NCBI RefSeq assembly: GCF_006345805.1
Contig: NC_042997.1
Coordinates: 139,748,001 to 139,812,000, forward strand
DNA length: 64,000 nt
DNA from: Octopus sinensis
Taxonomy: Eukaryota
Reading direction: 5' to 3'
Part shown: one piece after another, positions 61,876-64,000 of the stretch
Position numbering within the stretch: the first letter of the stretch is position 1
Layout of the letters: each line of letters opens with the position of its first letter
Position numbers and translations under genes: made by a program
Notes under the pieces: model-generated
Seen by the model: the letters and a program-made list of their open reading frames with translations, nothing else
What the model was told of the DNA's origin: nothing
Databases searched by the model: none

Positions 61876-63804
61876 ATATAATCTGTAAGTTGAGTCAGTA
61901 ACTGATGAATACAAACCTAATTCTTTGAGTTGGTCAAAGAATTCTTCAGCAAGTTTCCCAAAAGAGTAAGCATCCAATACATGCATTGCTTTTGAACTAA
62001 TACATAGATTATCAGCCTGTAAGAGACAAAGATCAGAGGAGATCTAAGTGGAATTGTTTGATTTTGAGTTCTTTCTAAATTTATTTTTAACTTCTTATTT
62101 TTAAAACATTACTTTATATATATATTTTTTAGATTCATACAACAAATTAAGAAAAAGAGTAAATTAGAAAGAAAAGAAATGCAAAGAAAGAAATGAAAAC
62201 AAATTACCTTTTCCTCAGGTGAGATTGCACTTTGACTACGAAGAGCTCGACAATTTTCCAAAAACTTGGGTGTCAGCTGTTCAAAATGGCATGCATGTTC
62301 AAATCCACCCAATTTCCAGGTACCATCTTTTGTCACAAAAATTGAAGACTGGCAAATATTGTTATGTGAGATTTCAACCTTAAAAAATAATTATAAAGTT
62401 TTGTTAGAGATTTCTTTGTTCTGTTTCTCATAAATTAAATCTGTAAGTTAATACCATAGTATATTTTGACCTACTTTTGTGTTATGCTCAGAGAAGTAGC
62501 TCAATTAATTAAAAAAAGAAAGAAATAGAGGGTAGTTGTGACAGTAGTGATGGAAGAAGCACTGGTGGTGATGTTGGTACTCATAAAGATGATTGAAAAG
62601 AGAGAGAAAGAGGAAGAGAAAAATAGAGAAGCAGAAATAACAGAATTAATAAAAAGAAAGAGAAAACATGAAAGAAACAGAGAGAAGGAGGAAAGTAATA
62701 AAGAGGATTCTAAGAAGTGAGAGACTGAGTAAAAATGAGAGTTAAACTAGACATGCAAGAGAAAGAGGGTGAATGGGATATGGAGAAGAATATACAGACA
62801 AAGCAAAGCTTGTGACATCACTGTATCCTTAGTTATCTCATTCTCTTATTTCCCTCCATTATCTCACATATCTTACATTTGAAATATTTCTGAATTGCAT
62901 GCCCTAGTACACTACCGTCAGAAATTAATTAGCACCCTTGATTTGCTCTTCACTCAAGGTATGTGCTGTCACCTAGTGGCCATATCTCGAACTATTGCTT
63001 TGTTGCGAGTTCACTGTTGCGCAGAACGATGACGTAACTTTGTTTGCAGAGCAGTTTGAGAGTCTACAGCCTTATGATGTTGACATAGCAGTGCAACAAC
63101 AACTTGGAGTGCGGATGCAGACAAATCTTCCTTTGTTTAATAGATATAGGTAGCGCCTCGCAAGGACCGAAATCACACCATACTAAGTTTTCTCATCGCG
63201 TAAGACGTTTTGAACAGCTCATAGGTTAATTGATTTAACCTATTTAATGTAGAAATTTGAGAAGTGCTAATTAATTTTGATGCAAGTGTATGTAATATAA
63301 TGGCATCTTAAGTTGAAGGTATTATTTTGCTGCAAGAATAGAAACAATGTTAAGATCTCCCATATGTATGCACATATATATTTACATATCAGATTGAATA
63401 TGTCAAAATCGAAATCGATCAACGTCAATGGAAATTGTAGCTGTGATACCAGTGCCGGTGGTACGTAAGAAAACCATCCAAACGTGGTCGTTGATCAGGA
63501 GCTAAAAACAACAACAACATAAATAAAAACAGGCAGTAGAAAACAGAAAGAAGAAAAATGACAAAAGTTATATCTGTAAAAATATAGAAATAAAAAAAAA
63601 AGCACTTAAGATACTTACTGTTTCATGAAGGAAAACCAAAGCATCAATAATGTTATAAAAGCCTGAACATATTTCCACAGGAGACAAGTCTTTAGTCACT
63701 GTTTCTAGAGGTTTTACAAACTCAGTGACCAGATAGGAGCCATCAGCTGAGTGACCTGACAAAATATATCGGACGATTGCTGGATGACGCAGTACTTTCA
63801 GTTG
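45025..63804 (-). CDS. SCYL3: SCY1-like pseudokinase 3 (PACE1), 12 exons / 705 codons in window; N-terminal exon(s) beyond 64000
   Basis: Minus-strand exons 63619-63804, 62208-62378, 61917-62016, 57654-57765, 55240-55317, 54501-54640, 52562-52773, 51420-51560, 48692-48780, 47385-47506, 45807-46507, 45025-45087 join in frame (2115 nt). Motifs LKVLRHPAI, YLVTEFVKPL, SHNNICQSSIFV..DGTWKLGGFE, DAYSFG, HEAT-repeat region [24 protein letters not shown] and terminal GW.DDLNWE match remembered SCYL3. Confidence 0.93.
45807..46507 (-). CDS. SCYL3: SCYL3 large exon (disordered acidic C-terminal region)
   Basis: cccag|AT..GAG|gtaagt; 701-nt open exon with W-D/E repeats (DNWVDWDNPEEWDD) and EIDYFADMQPVI motif. 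Confidence 0.9.
47385..47506 (-). CDS. SCYL3: SCYL3 exon
   Basis: tacag|A..AAAG|gtgagt; RSPLRKSNKHTDEETDKKHCKVILENNDKAAKVIDSVPKK. Confidence 0.8.
47796..48079. repeat. Long hairpin palindrome (~139-bp arms, 7-nt loop) in SCYL3 intron
   Basis: ..GACCTGTTCACTGACAAAACTT-TATGCTG-AAGTTTTGTCAGTGAACAGGTC..; complementarity extends out to AACAATTGCA / TGCAATTGTT. Confidence 0.92.
48692..48780 (-). CDS. SCYL3: SCYL3 exon
   Basis: tttag|AAT..AT|gtaaga; NVQSVIKEEKLTSVKQALKKPLLKDLAAS; supplies the required phase 0 to 2 bridge. Confidence 0.8.
49380..50084 (-). mobile_element. 5' fragment of a second piggyBac-family transposon
   Basis: TTAA|CCCTTAGAACC end at 50084-50088; acidic N-terminal ORF 49624-49875 then frameshifted GPKDIPPHINGESGPLDFLSLFWDGVLWDILVRESN. 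Confidence 0.8.
51420..51560 (-). CDS. SCYL3: SCYL3 exon
   Basis: tttag|TTG..AAG|gtatgt; [35 protein letters not shown]. Confidence 0.94.
52562..52773 (-). CDS. SCYL3: SCYL3 exon
   Basis: cacag|CT..CAG|gtgact; FKKYVIPELVNIFKVREVHIRLLLLKYFRYYVELF..VIFPQ. Confidence 0.92.
54501..54640 (-). CDS. SCYL3: SCYL3 exon
   Basis: tgcag|C..AAG|gtttgt; QVVSMLQEYSEELVGSQLIHLLLSRFVVLNKDAEEFLLPSLLIPQQ. Confidence 0.9.
54730..54878 (+). mobile_element. Helitron-like 5' fragment
   Basis: A|TCTATATATTTAAAACTGAGAATG..; CCAATTTCATTCAAATTTT motif typical of non-autonomous Helitron/HINE bodies. Confidence 0.45.
55240..55317 (-). CDS. SCYL3: SCYL3 exon
   Basis: ttcag|A..AG|gtgtgt; NHFLEVKLFLKNITLKSSEEKTDFF. Confidence 0.9.
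55747..56602. mobile_element. Mariner-derived fold-back element
   Basis: TA|CGTGGTCTGATCAATAAGTATCTGGACTGTTG ... CAACAGTCCAGAACTTATTGATCAGACCTCA|TA; left arm encodes MTEKVEQRICIKFCQKLG (mariner transposase N-terminus). Confidence 0.85.
57654..57765 (-). CDS. SCYL3: SCYL3 exon
   Basis: cttag|GA..GA|gtgagt; DLFKTFELRIQDEYLSRDPKQRPPLKCLLTDRLFKY. Confidence 0.88.
58560..61790 (+). mobile_element. Near full-length, heavily decayed R4/Dong-like non-LTR retrotransposon
   Basis: NWKDPGPDVVQGYWIKRF; RSIFQGDCLSPLTF..IPLT; DHLLFMNDLKLY; GALISVAQEQLLRTDYIK; many stops and frameshifts. Confidence 0.75.
59448..59815 (-). mobile_element. Nested RTE LINE fragment with internal deletion
   Basis: LTGKIAFVCGRC..LDVVASFRYLGDQVSS..SETWAVSAKDM joined directly to the GGATGTTAAATGAT tail; interrupts the R4-like frame. 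Confidence 0.75.
61917..62016 (-). CDS. SCYL3: SCYL3 exon
   Basis: tacag|GCT..TTAG|gtttgt; ADNLCISSKAMHVLDAYSFGKLAEEFFDQLKEL. Confidence 0.9.
62208..62378 (-). CDS. SCYL3: SCYL3 exon
   Basis: taag|GTT..AAG|gtaatt; VEISHNNICQSSIFVTKDGTWKLGGFEHAC..ISPEEK. Confidence 0.94.
62910..63288. mobile_element. Tc1-type MITE
   Basis: TA|CACTACCGTCAGAAATTAATTAGCAC ... GTGCTAATTAATTTTGATGCAAGTG|TA. Confidence 0.75.
63619..63804 (-). CDS. SCYL3: SCYL3 exon (first in window)
   Basis: ccgtag|CAA..ACA|gtaagt; QLKVLRHPAIVRYILSGHSADGSYLVTEFVKPLE..LVFLHET. Confidence 0.94.
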
Positions 63805-63825
63805 CTACGGAATAGAGAAACATGT

Positions 63826-64000
63826 ACATATATATATATATATGATATATATATATATATGATATATATATATGATATATATATATATATGATATATATA
63901 TATATATATGATATATTATATATATGATATATATATATATATATGATATATATATATATGATATATTATATATATGATATATATATATGATATATATATA
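63826..64000. repeat. (TA)n microsatellite punctuated by TGA
   Basis: Direct inspection. Confidence 0.95.

Noticed and set aside
44-63762. Most short ORFs of the supplied track (His/Thr/Tyr/Ile/Val/Cys-rich, SINE-derived or CT-rich)
   Set aside because: They are translations of (CA)n/(TA)n microsatellites, SINE/RTE tails or low-complexity tracts; those overlapping true exons run on into introns.
490-63804. Minor (U12) or non-canonical introns
   Set aside because: All 29 modelled introns are GT-AG and none has the GTATCCTT U12 donor.

Overview
AT-rich, microsatellite- and SINE-rich eukaryotic genomic DNA. The repeat families (tRNA-headed SINEs, RTE tails ending in (ATG)n) look like those I recall from Octopus, but the species is an inference. 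Three spliced genes can be built by hand with GT-AG introns and consistent phases. (1) The 3' ten coding exons of TCF25/RQC1 (+, 490-13188; 5' part lies upstream of the window). (2) A complete ten-exon ADAT1 tRNA adenosine deaminase (+, 17511-38974, 478 aa, HAE/PCGDAS/SCSDK motifs intact). (3) Twelve coding exons of the SCYL3/PACE1 pseudokinase (-, 63804 down to 45025; first exon(s) lie beyond the window). Most entries of the supplied ORF track are artefacts of SINEs and microsatellites. The rest is transposon debris: SINEs, RTE, R4/Dong, Tx1/L1 and Penelope fragments, piggyBac, mariner/Tc1 and hAT MITEs with clear TSDs, and Helitrons. The least-explained zone is the TCF25-ADAT1 junction (14.8-19.5 kb). 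It holds a three-copy repeat with CCAAT/TATA promoter architecture and covarying hairpins, a 40-bp-period motif array, and a ~920-bp palindrome just upstream of the ADAT1 start. Several long intronic inverted repeats (including a 2.1-kb head-to-head Penelope pair inside ADAT1) are candidate dsRNA substrates. No system is proven here; the leads are ranked below.
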